DNA of 64,000 nt from the human T2T-CHM13v2.0 reference genome, Homo sapiens, in the NCBI RefSeq assembly GCF_009914755.1, contig NC_060948.1; one strand, 5' to 3'. The position numbers and the translations under genes were made by a program. The notes below the pieces were generated by a model. The model searched no databases. It saw only the letters and a list, made by a program, of their open reading frames with translations, and had not been told where the DNA came from. Shown in pieces: positions 1 through 12,100 of this stretch; positions within the stretch are counted from its first letter, which is position 1; each line of letters opens with the position of its first letter.

Positions 1-1092
1 GAATAGAAAGGAATGGAATGAAATGGAATGGAAAGGATTCGAATGGAATGCAATCGAATGGAATGGAATCGAACGGAATGGAATAAAATGGAAGAAAACT
101 GGCAAGAAATGGAATCGAAATGAATAGAGTGTTATGGAACGGACTCAAAAGGAATTGAATGTAATAGAATGGAGTGGAGTGGACTCGAATATAATGGACT
201 GGAATGGAATGAAATCACATGGAATGGGAACGAATGGAATGGAATGGAAAGGAATGGAATCGAATGGAAAGGAATCGAATGGAAGGGAATGAAATTGAAT
301 CAACAGGAATGGAAGGGAATAGAATAGACGGTAATGGAATGGACTCGAATAGAATGGACACGAATGCTCAAATTGAATGGACTCGAATGGAATGGAAACG
401 AAAGGAATGTCATCGAATGGAATTGAATCGATTGGAATGAAATCGCATAGAATGGAGTGGAATCAAATGGAATTGAATCGAAAGGAAAGGAAGCGAATGG
501 ACTGAAATGAAATGGAATGGAATTGAATGGAAAGTAATGCAATGGAATAGAATGGAACGAAATTTCACGGAATGGAATCAAACTGAATGGAATCAAATCA
601 ATGGAATCAAATCAAATGGAATGGAAAGGAATTGAATGGAGTAGATTGGATTGGATGGGATTGGAATGAAATGTACTGGAAAGGACTCGAATTTCATGAA
701 ACGGAATGGAATGAATTGGAACGGAATGGACTCGAATGGAATGGAATGTCATGGAATGGCATCAAATGGAATGGCATCAAATGGAATGGAATCGAATGCA
801 ATGGAATGCTATGGAATGGAATGGAATGCATTGGAATGGAATGTCCTCTAATGGAATGGATTCGAGTGGAATGGAATCGAATATAATGGAGTCGAATGAA
901 ATGGAATTGAAAGGAATGGGATCGAATAGAATGGAATATACTGGAATGTAATGTAATGAACTCGAATGTAATTGACTGGAATGGAATGTACATGAATGGA
1001 ATGTAATCGAATGGAAAGTAATCCAATGGAATAGAATCTAATGCAATAAAATCGACTCAGATAGAGTAGAATGTAATGGAATGGAGTGCAGT

Positions 1093-1155
1093 GCAATGGA
1101 ATGGAATGGAATGGAATGGAATGGAATGGAATGGAATGGAATGGAATGGAATGGG
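1093..1155 (+). repeat. Near-pure (GGAAT)n microsatellite tract, length-variable between units
   Basis: About 11 perfect pentamers after 'ggagtgcagtgcaat'. Homologous tracts are shorter at ~12630-12680 and longer at ~51563-51655 and ~55153-55250. Confidence 0.85.
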
Positions 1156-1892
1156 ATGCAATGGTATGGAATGGATAGTAATGGACTGGAATGAAATGGA
1201 CTGGAAAAGAATGGACTCAAATTGAAAGGGCTAGAAAGGAATGGAGTCAAATGGAATGGTCTGGAATGGAATGAACACGAATGTAATGCAATCCAATAGA
1301 ATGGAATCGAATGGCATGGAATATAAAGAAATGGAATCGAAGAGAATGGAAACAAATGGAATGGAATTGAATGGAATGGAATTGAATGGAATGGGAACGA
1401 ATGGAGTGAAACTGTATGCAGTAGAAGAGAATTGAATGGAATGCAAGCGAAAGGAAAGGAATGGATTGCAATGGAATGGAATTCATTGTAATGGAAGGGA
1501 ATGTAGTGTAATGGACAGGCCTGGAATAAAGTGGAATGCTACGGTCTCGAATGGAATAAAAATGTATGGAATGGAATGCAATGAAACGGAATCGAATGTC
1601 ATAGAATGTAATGGAATGCAAAAAAATGGAATCCAAAATCATTGACTGGAAAGGCTGGGTGTCGAAAGGAATTGACTCCAATGGAATGGAATCGAATGGA
1701 ATGGAAGTGAATAGAATCGAACTAAATCGAATGGAATGGAATTGATAGGAACGGAATGGAAAGGAATGCAATGATTTGGCATGGAATGGAATCTAATGGC
1801 ATCGAATGGAATGGAATAGAATGCAATGGAATGGAATGTATTAGAATGTAATGAACTTTAATGGAATGTACTCGAATGGATTCGACTGGAAT

Positions 1893-1907
1893 GGAATGTT
1901 CTGGAAG
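1893..1907. promoter_or_regulatory. Perfect heat-shock element motif 1 (gGAAtgTTCtgGAAg), one per unit
   Basis: Exact match to the HSF consensus nGAAnnTTCnnGAAn, seen at the homologous position in every unit inspected. Function is inferred. Confidence 0.6.
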
Positions 1908-2177
1908 TGAATGGACTCCAATGGAATGGATTCAAAAGGAATGGAATCGTACGGAATGGAATCTAATGGAATGGAATTAAATGGAAATGAATCAAATTGA
2001 ATAGCACGGAATTGAATTGAATGGAATCGAATGCAATGGAATCTAATGAAACGGAAAGGAATGGAATGGAATGGAATGGAATGGAATGGGCTGGAATGGA
2101 AAGGAATCGAAACGAATGGAATGGAATCGAACTGAAGAGACTGGAATGGAATGCACTGGAATGGAAGGGAGTGTAAT

Positions 2178-2192
2178 GGAAGGTTCTCGAAA
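2178..2192. promoter_or_regulatory. Perfect heat-shock element motif 2 (gGAAggTTCtcGAAa), one per unit
   Basis: Exact nGAAnnTTCnnGAAn match; conserved across units except the copy at ~17195 (GAAggTTCtcCAA). Confidence 0.6.
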
Positions 2193-3198
2193 GAAATGGA
2201 ATCGAATGGAATGGAATTGAATGGAACGGAATAGAGTCGAATGGAATTGAATGGAATGGAATGGACTAGAGTGAAATGGAATCGAACCACAAGGAATGGA
2301 CAGGAATAGAATGGTCTCGAATTGAATGGAATCGTATGGAATGGCATCAAACGGAATGGAATGGACAGCCACGGAATGGAATGCACTCGAATGCAATGGA
2401 GTCGAAACTAATGGACTGGAATAGAATGGACTCGACTGGTACGGACTCCAATGGAATGGAATCGAATGGAAGGGAATCGAACGGAATGGACTCGAAGGGA
2501 AAAGACTGCAATGGAAAGGTCTCGAATGGAATGGAAATTAATGGAATGGAATGGAATCGAATGAAATGGAGTCAAAAGGAATGGAATCGAATGGCAAGAA
2601 ATCGAATGTAATGGAATCGCAAGGAATTGATGTGAACGGAACGGAATGGAATGGAATCCAAAGGAATGGAATCGAATGGAATGGAATCGAATGGAAAGGA
2701 CTCGAATGGAAATCACTCGAATAGAATGCAATTTAATAAAATAGGATCAAATGTAATGGAATGGAATGGAAAGGAATCGAAACGAAAGGAATGGAGACAG
2801 ATGGAATGGAATGGAACAGAGAGCAATGGTATAGAATGGAATGGAATCATCTGGAATGGAATTGAATGGAATGGAATAATAGGAAATGGAATGGAATGGA
2901 ATGGAATGCCCTTGAATTAAATGGACTGGAATGGAATGGACTCGAACAGAGTGGAATGGAAAGTGTTGAAATAGAATGGAATGGACACGTTTGGAATGGT
3001 CTAGTATGCAATGCAATCGACTGGCAGGGAATCAAAAGGTATGTAATCGAATGGATTGGACTGGAATGCAATGGACTCGAATAGATTGGAAACGGAATGC
3101 AAAGGAATGGAATGGAATAGTATGGAATGGAATGGAAAGGAATGGAGTGGAATAGACTAGAGTGGAATGGAATGGACTCGAAAGCAATGGACTGGAAT

Positions 3199-3213
3199 GG
3201 AACTTTCTTGAAT
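3199..3213. promoter_or_regulatory. Perfect heat-shock element motif 3 (gGAActTTCttGAAt), one per unit
   Basis: Exact nGAAnnTTCnnGAAn match; invariant in the units inspected. Confidence 0.6.
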
Positions 3214-6200
3214 GGAGTGGAATCAAACGGAATGGAATGCAATGCAATCAAATGTCATGGAATAAAATAGAATGAAAGAGAATCAAATGGAATTGAATCG
3301 AATGGAATCGAATGGATTGGAAAGGAATAGAATGGAATGGAATGGAATTGACTCAAATGGAATGGACTAGCATGGAATGGATTCGAATGGAAGACAAAGG
3401 AATGGAATCTATTGGAATGGACTGTAATGGAATGGAATGGAAGGGATTGGAATGGACTCGAATGGAATGGACTGCAATAGAAAGGATTCGAATGGAATGA
3501 AAAAGAATTGAATGGAATAGAACAGAATGGAATCAAATCGAATGAAATGGAATGGAATAGAAAGGAATGGAATGAAATGGAATGGAAAGGATTCGAATGG
3601 AATGCAATCGAATGGAATGCAATCGAATGGAATGGAATCGAACGGAATGGAATAAAATGGAAGAAAACTGGCAAGAAATGGAATCGAAATGAATGGAGTG
3701 TTATGGAACGGACTCAAAAGGAATTGAATGTAATAGAATGGAGTGGAGTGGACTCGAATATAATGGACTGGAATGGAATGAAATCACATGGAATGGGAAC
3801 GAATGGAATGGAATGGAAAGGAATGGAATCGAATGGAAAGGAATCGAATGGAAGGGAATGAAATTGAATCAACAGGAATGGAAGGGAATAGAATAGACGG
3901 TAATGGAATGGACTCGAATAGAATGGACACGAATGCTCAAATTGAATGGACTCGAATGGAATGGAAACGAAAGGAATGTCATCGAATGGAATTGAATCGA
4001 TTGGAATGAAATCGCATAGAATGGAGTGGAATCAAATGGAATTGAATCGAAAGGAAAGGAAGCGAATGGACTGAAATGAAATGGAATGGAATTGAATGGA
4101 AAGTAATGCAATGGAATAGAATGGAACGAAATTTCACGGAATGGAATCAAACTGAATGGAATCAAATCAATGGAATATAATCAAATGGAATGGAAAGGAA
4201 TTGAATGGAGTAGATTGGATTGGATGGGATTGGAATGAAATGTACTGGAAAGGACTCGAATTTCATGAAACGGAATGGAATGAATTGGAACGGAATGGAA
4301 TCGAATGGAATGGAATGTCATGGAATGGCATCAAATGGAATGGAATCGAATGCAATGGAATGCTATGGAATGGAATGGAATGCATTGGAATGGAATGTCC
4401 TCTAATGGAATGGATTCGAGTGGAATGGAATCGAATATAATGGAGTCGAATGAAATGGAATTGAAAGGAATGGGATCGAATACAGTGGAATATATTGGAA
4501 TGTAATGTAATGAACTCGAATGTAATTGACTGGAATGGAATGTACATGAATGGAATGTAATCGAATGGAAAGTAATCCAATGGAATAGAATTTAATGCAA
4601 TAAAATCGACTCAAATAGAATAGAATGTAATGGAATGGAGTGCAGTGCAATGGAATGGAATGGAATGGAATGCAATGGAATGGAATGGAATGGAATGGAA
4701 TGGGATGGAATGGTAAGGAATGGATAGTAATGGACTGGATTGAAATGGACTGGAAAGCAATGTACTCAAATTGAAAGGGCTCGAAAGGAATGGAGTCAAA
4801 TGGAATGGTCTGGAATGGAATGAACACGAATGTAATGCAATCCAATAGAATGGAATCGAATGGCATGGAATATAAAGAAATGGAATCGAAGAGAATGGAA
4901 ACAAATGGAATGGAATTGAATGGAATGGAATTGAATGGAATGGGAACGAATGGAGTGAAATTGTATGCAGTAGAAGAGAATAGAATGGAATGCAAGCGAA
5001 AGGAAAGGAATGGATTGGAATGGAATGGAATTCATTGGAATGGTAGGGAATGTAGTGTAATGGATAGGCCTGGAATAAAGTGGAATGCTCCGGTCTCGAA
5101 TGGTAAAAAAATATATGGAATGGAATGCAATGAAACGGAATCGAATGTCATAGAATGTAATGGAATGCAAAAAAATGGAATCCAAAATCATTGACTGGAA
5201 AGGCTGGGTGTCGAAAGGAATTGACTCCAATGGAATGGAATCGAATGGAATGGAAGTGAATAGAATCGAACTAAATCAAATGGAATGGAATTGATAGGAA
5301 CGGAATGGAAAGGAATGCAATGATTTGGCATGGAATGGAATCGAATGACATCGAATGGAATTGAATGGAATGCAATGGAATGGAATGTATTAGAATGTAA
5401 TGAACATTAATGGAATGTACTCGAATGGATTCGACTGGAATGGAATGTTCTGGAAATGAATGGACTCCAATGGAATGGATTCGAAAGGAATGGAATCGAA
5501 CGGAATGGAATCTAATGGAATGGAATTAAATGGAAATGAATCAAATTGAATAGCACAGAATAGAATTGAATGGATTCTAATGCAATGGAATCTAATGAAA
5601 CGGAAAGGAAAGGAATGGAATGGAATGGAATGGGCTGGAATGGAATGGAATCGAAACGAATGGAATGGAATCGAACTGAAGAGACTGGAATGGAATGCAC
5701 TGGAATGGAAGGGAGTGTAATGGAAAGTTCTCGAAAAAAATGGAATCGAATGGAATGGAATTGAATGGAATGGAATAGAGTCGAATGGAATTGAATGGAA
5801 TGGAATGGACTAGAGTGAAATGGAATTGAACCACAAGGAATGGAGAGGAATAGAATGGTCTCGAATTGAATGGAATCGTATGGAATGGCATCAAACGGAA
5901 TGGAATGGACAGCCACGGAATGGAATGAACTCGAATGCAATGGATTAGAAACTAATGGACTGGAATAGAATGGACTCGACTGGTACGGACTCCAATGGAA
6001 TGGAATCGAATGGAAGGGAATCGAACGGAATGGACTCGAAGGGAAAAGACTGCAATGGAAAGGTCTCGAATGGGATGGAAATTAATGGAATGGAATGGAA
6101 TCGAATGAAATGGAGTCAAAAGGAATGGAATGGAATGGCAAGAAATCGAATGTAATGGAATCGCAAGGAATTGATGTGAACGGAAAGGAATGGAATGGAA

Positions 6201-7360
6201 TCCAAAGGAATGGAATAGAATGGAATGGAATCGAATGGAAAGGACTCGAATGGAAATCACTCGAATAGAATGCAATTTAATAAAATAGGATCAAATGTAA
6301 TGGAATGGAATGGAAAGGAATCGAAACGAAAGGAATGGAGACAGATGGAATGTAATGGAACAGAGAGCAATGGTATAGAATGGAATGGAATCATCTGGAA
6401 TGGAATTGAATGGAATGGAATAATAGGAAATGGAATGGAATGGAATGGAATGCCCTTGAATTAAATGGACTGGAATGGAATGGACTCGAACAGAGTGGAA
6501 TGGAAAGTGTTGAAATAGAATGGAATGGACTCGTTTGGAATGGTCTAGTATGCAATGCAATCGACTGGCAGGGAATCAAAAGGAATGTAATCGAATGGAT
6601 TGGACTGGAATGCAATGGACTCGAATAGATTGGAAACGGAATGCAAAGGAATGGAATGGAATAGTATGGAATGGAATGGAAAGGAATGGAGTGGAATAGA
6701 CTAGAGTGGAATGGAATGGACTCGAAAGCAATGGACTGGAATGGAACTTTCTTGAATGGAGTGGAATCAAACGGAATGGAATGCAATGCAATCAAATGTC
6801 ATGGAATAAAATAGAATGAAAGAGAATCAAATGGAATTGAATCGAATGGAATCGAATGGATTGGAAAGGAATAGAATGGAATGGAATGGAATTGACTCAA
6901 ATGGAATGGACTAGCATGGAATGGATTCGAATGGAAGACAAAGGAATGGAATCTATTGGAATGGACTGTAATGGAATGGAATGGAAGGGATTGGAATGGA
7001 CTCGAATGGAATGGACTGCAATAGAAAGGATTCGAATGGAATGAAAAAGAATTGAATGGAATAGAACAGAATGGAATCAAATCGAATGAAATGGAATGGA
7101 ATAGAAAGGAATGGAATGAAATGGAATGGAAAGGATTCGAATGGAATGCAATCGAATGGAATGCAATCGAATGGAATGGAATCGAACGGAATGGAATAAA
7201 ATGGAAGAAAACTGGCAAGAAATGGAATCGAAATGAATGGAGTGTTATGGAACGGACTCAAAAGGAATTGAATGTAATAGAATGGAGTGGAGTGGACTCG
7301 AATATAATGGACTGGAATGGAATGAAATCACATGGAATGGGAACGAATGGAATGGAATGG

Positions 7361-9124
7361 AAAGGAATGGAATCGAATGGAAAGGAATCGAATGGAAGGG
7401 AATGAAATTGAATCAACAGGAATGGAAGGGAATAGAATAGACGGTAATGGAATGGACTCGAATAGAATGGACACGAATGCTCAAATTGAATGGACTCGAG
7501 TGGAATGGAAACGAAACGAATGTCATCGAATGGAATTGAATCGATTGGAATGAAATCGCATAGAATGGAGTGGAATCAAATGGAATTGAATCGAAAGGAA
7601 AGGAAGCGAATGGACTGAAATGAAATGGAATAGAATTGAATGGAAAGTAATGCAATGGAATAGAATGGAACGAAATTTCACGGAATGGATTCAAACTGAA
7701 TGGAATCAAATCAATGGAATATAATCAAATGGAATGGAAAGGAATTGAATGGAGTAGATTGGATTGGATGGGATTGGAATGAAATGTACTGGAAAGGACT
7801 CGAATTTCATGAAACGGAATGGAATGAATTGGAACGGATTGGACTCGAATGGAATGGAATGTCATGGAATGGCATCAAATGGAATGGAATCAAATGGAAT
7901 GGAATCGAATGCAATGGAATGCTATGGAATGGAATGGAATGCATTGGAATGGAATGTCCTCTAATGGAATGGATTCGAGTGGAATGGAATCGAATATAAT
8001 GGAGTCGAATGAAATGGAATTGAAAGGAATGGGAACGAATACACTGGAATATACTGGAATGTAACGTAATGAACTCGAATGTAATTGACTGGAATGGAAT
8101 GTACATGAATGGAATGTAATCGAATGGAATGTAATCCAATGGAATAGAAACTAATGCAATAAAATCGACTCAAATAGAATAGAATGTAATGGAATGGAGT
8201 GCAGTGCAATGGAATGGAATGGAATGGAATGCAATGGAATGGAATGTAAAGGAATGGAATCGAATGGAAAGGAATCGAATGGAAGGGAATGAAATTGAAT
8301 CAACATGAATGGAAGGGAATAGAATAGACGGTAATGGAATGGACTCGAATAGAATGGACACGAATGCTCAAATTGAATGGACTCGAGTGGAATGGAAACG
8401 AAAGGAATGTCATCGAATGGAATTGAATCGATTGGAATGAAATCGCATAGGATGGAGTGGAATCAAATGGAATTGAATCGAAAGGAAAGGAAGCGAATGG
8501 ACTGAAATGAAATGGAATGGAAAGTAATGCAATAGAATAGAATGGAACGAAATTTCACGGAATGGAATCAAACTGAATGGAATCAAATCAATGGAATATA
8601 ATCAAATGGAATGGAAAGGAATTGAATGGAGTAGATGGGATTGGATGGGATTGGAATGAAATGTACTGGAAAGGACTCGAATTTCATGAAACGGAATGGA
8701 ATGAATTGGAACGGAATGGACTCGAATGGAATGGAATGTCATGGAATGGCATCAAATGGAATGGCATCAAATGGAATGGAATCGAATGCAATGGAATGCT
8801 ATGGAATGGAATGGAATGCATTGGAATGGAATGTCCTCTAATGGAATGGATTCGAGTGGAATGGAATCGAATATAATGGAGTTGAATGAAATGGAATTGA
8901 AAGGAATGGGATCGAATACAATGGAATATACTGGAATGTAACGTAATGAACTCGAATGTAATTGACTGCAATGGAATGTACATGAATGGAATGTAATCGA
9001 ATGGAAAGTAATCCAATGGAATAGAATCTAATGCAATAAAATCGACTCAAATAGAATAGAATGTAATGGAATGGAGTGCAGTGCAATGGAATGGAATGGA
9101 ATGGAATGCAATGGAATGGAATGT
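7361..9124 (+). repeat. Internal tandem duplication of an ~887-bp sub-unit segment, giving a 4441-bp variant unit
   Basis: At ~8247/8248 the sequence jumps from the post-'gtgcagtgcaat' GGAAT tract back to 'aaaggaatggaatcgaatggaaaggaatcg' (=7361). The MESNQW ORF landmark occurs at both 7700 and 8577. StuI spacing is 4441 = 3564+877. Confidence 0.9.
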
Positions 9125-12100
9125 AATGGAATGGAATAGAATGGGAAGGAATGGTATGGAATGGATAATAATGGACTGGAGTGAAATGGACTGGAAAGGA
9201 ATGGACTCAAAGTGAAAGGGCTCGAAAAGAATGGAGTCAAATGCAATGGTCTGGAATGGAATGAACACGAATGTAATGCAATCCAATAGAATGGAATCGA
9301 ATGGCATGGAATATAAAGAAATGGAATCGAAGAGAATGGAAACAAATGGAATGGAATTGAATGGAATGGAATTGAATGGAATGGGAACGAATGGAGTGAA
9401 ATTGTATGCAGTAGAAGAGAATAGAATGGAATGCAAGCGAAAGGAAAGGAATGGATTGGAATGGAATGGAATTCATTGGAATGGAAGGGAATGTAGTGTA
9501 ATGGACAGGCCTGGAATAAAGTGGAATGCTACGGTCTCGAATGGAATAAAAATGTATGGAATGGAATGCAATGAAACGGAATCGAATGTCATAGAATGTA
9601 ATGGAATGCAAAAAAATGGACTCCAAAATCATTGACTAGAAAGGCTGGGTGTCGAAAGGAATTGACTCCAATGGAATGGAATCGAATGGAATGGAAGTGA
9701 ATAGAATCGAACTAAATCGAATGGAATGGAATTGATAGGAACGGAATGGAAAGGAATGCAATGATTTGGCATGGAATGGAATCGAATGGCATCGAATGGA
9801 ATGGAATGGAATGCAATGGAATGGAATGTATTAGAATGTAATGAACTTTAATGGAATGTACTCGAATGGATTCGACTGGAATGGAATGTTCTGGAAGTGA
9901 ATGGACTCCAATGGACTGGATTAGGAAGGAATGGAATCGAACGGAATGGAATCTAATGGACTGGAATTAAATGGAAATGAGTCAAATTGAATAGCACGGA
10001 ATTGAATTGAATGGAATCGAGTGCAATGGAATCTAATGAAACGGAAAGGAAAGGAATGGAATGGAATGGAATGGGCTGGAATGGAATGGAATCGAAACGA
10101 ATGGAATGGAATCGAACTGAAGAGACTGGAATGGAATGCACTGGAATGGAAGGGAGTGTAATGGAAGGTTCTCGAAAAAAATGGAATCGAATGGAATGGA
10201 ATTGAATGGAATGGAACAGAGTCGAATGGAATTGAATGGAATGGAATGGACTAGAGTGAAATGGAATCGAACCACAAGGAATGGACAGGAATAGAATGGT
10301 CTCGAATTGAATGGAATCGTACGAAATGGCATCAAACGGTATGGAATGGACAGCCACGGAATGGAATGCACTCGAATGCAATGTAGTCGAATCTAATGGA
10401 CTGGAATAGAATGGACTCGACTGGTACGGACTCCAATGGAATGGAATCGAATGGAAGGGAATCTAACAGAATGGACTCGAAGTGAAAAGACTGCAATGGA
10501 AAGGTCTCGAATGGAATGGAAATTAATGGAATGGAATGGAATCGAATGAAATGGAGTCAAAAGGAATGGAATCGAATGGCAAGAAATCGAATGTAATGGG
10601 ATCGCAAGGAATTGCTGTGAACGTAACGGAATGGAATGGAATCCAAAGGAATGGAATAGAATGGAATGGAATCGAATGGAAAGGACTCGAATGGAAATCA
10701 CTCGAATAGAATGCAATTTAATAAAATAGGATCAAATGTAATGGAATGGAATGGAAAGGAATCGAAACAAAAGGACTGGAGACAGATGGAATGGAATGGA
10801 ACAGAGAGCAATGGTATAGAATGGAATGGAATCATCTGGAATGGAATTGAATGGAATGGAATAATATGAAATGGAATGGAATGGAATGGAATGCCCTTGA
10901 ATTAAATGGACTGGAATGGAATGGACTCGAAGAGAGTGGCATGGAAAGTGTTGAAATAGAATGGAATGAACTCGCTTGGAATGGTATAGTATGCAATTCA
11001 ATCGACTGGCAGGGAATCAAAAGGAATGTAATCGAATGGATTGGACTGGAATGCAATGGACTCGAATAGATTGGAAACGGAATGAAAGGAATGGAATGGA
11101 ATAGTATGGAATGGAATGGAAAGGAATGGAGTGGAATAGACTAGAGTGGAATGGAATGGACTCGAAAGCAATGGACTGGAATGGAACTTTCTTGAATGGA
11201 CTGGAATCAAACGGAATGGAATGCAATGCCATCAGATGTCATGGAATAAAATAGAATGAAAGAGAATCAAATGGAATTGAATCGAATGGAATCGAATGGA
11301 TTGGAAAGGAATAGAATGGAATGGAATGGAATTGACTCAAATGGAATGGACTAGAATGGAATGGATTCGAATGGAAGGCAAAGGAATGGAATCTATTGGA
11401 ATGGACTGTAATGGAATGGAATGGAAGGGATTGGAATGGACTCGAATGGAATGGACTGCAATAGAAAGGATTCGAATGGAATGAAAAAGAATTGAATGGA
11501 ATAGAACAGAATGGAATCAAATCGAATGAAATGGAATGGAATAGAAAGGAATGGAATGAAATGGAATGGAAAGGATTCGAATGGAATGCAATCGAATGGA
11601 ATGCAATCGAAAGGAATGGAATCGAACGGAATGGAATAAAATGGAAGAAAACTGGCAAGAAATGGAATCGAAATGAATGGAGTGTTATGGAACGGACTGA
11701 AAAGGAATTGAATGTAATAGAATGGAGTGGAGTGGACTCGAATATAATGGACTGGAATGGAATGCAATCACATGGAATGGGAACGAATGGAATGGAATGG
11801 AAAGGAATGGAATCGAATGGAAAGGAATCGAATGGAAGGGAATGAAATTGAATCAACAGGAATGGAAGGGAATAGAATAGACGGTAATGGAATGGACTCG
11901 AATAGAATGGACACGAATGCTCAAATTGAATGGACTCGAATGGAATGGAAACGAAAGGAATGTCATCGAATGGAATTGAATCGATTGGAATGAAATCGCA
12001 TAGAATGGAGTGGAATCAAATGGAATTGATTCGAAAGGAAAGGAAGCGAATGGACTGAAATGAAATGGAATGGAATTGAATGGAAAGTAATGCAATGGAA

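Larger units (their letters stand above)
1517..5065 (+). repeat. Representative full DYZ1 unit (StuI/HaeIII site to next site, 3549 bp)
   Basis: AGGCCT at 1517 and 5066; EcoRI GAATTC at 1479-1484 just upstream. Successive StuI spacings: 3549, 4441, 3522, 3524, 3509, 3513, 3534, 3544, 3549, 3549, 3559, 3549, 3569, 3589, 3594, 3554, 3554. Confidence 0.9.

Noticed and set aside
558-702. Near-HSE motifs gaaatttcacggaa and gaatttcatgaa
   Set aside because: Spacing does not give three correctly alternating nGAAn units, so they were not counted as HSEs.
587-886. Recurrent plus-strand MEWNG-repeat ORFs
   Set aside because: Direct translation of (GGAAT)n; they recur only because the unit repeats.
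1646-1666. GC-richer island ggaaaggctgggtgtcg as an insertion or G-quadruplex
   Set aside because: It stays in pentamer register and is present in every unit, so it is diverged pentamers; it has too few G-runs for a G4.
2730-2745. AATAAA motifs (tttaataaaatagg, gcaataaaatcg, ggaataaagtgg) as polyadenylation signals
   Set aside because: AATAAA arises easily from GGAAT variants, and nothing in the sequence supports a transcript end. It would need 3'-end RNA-seq folded on the unit.
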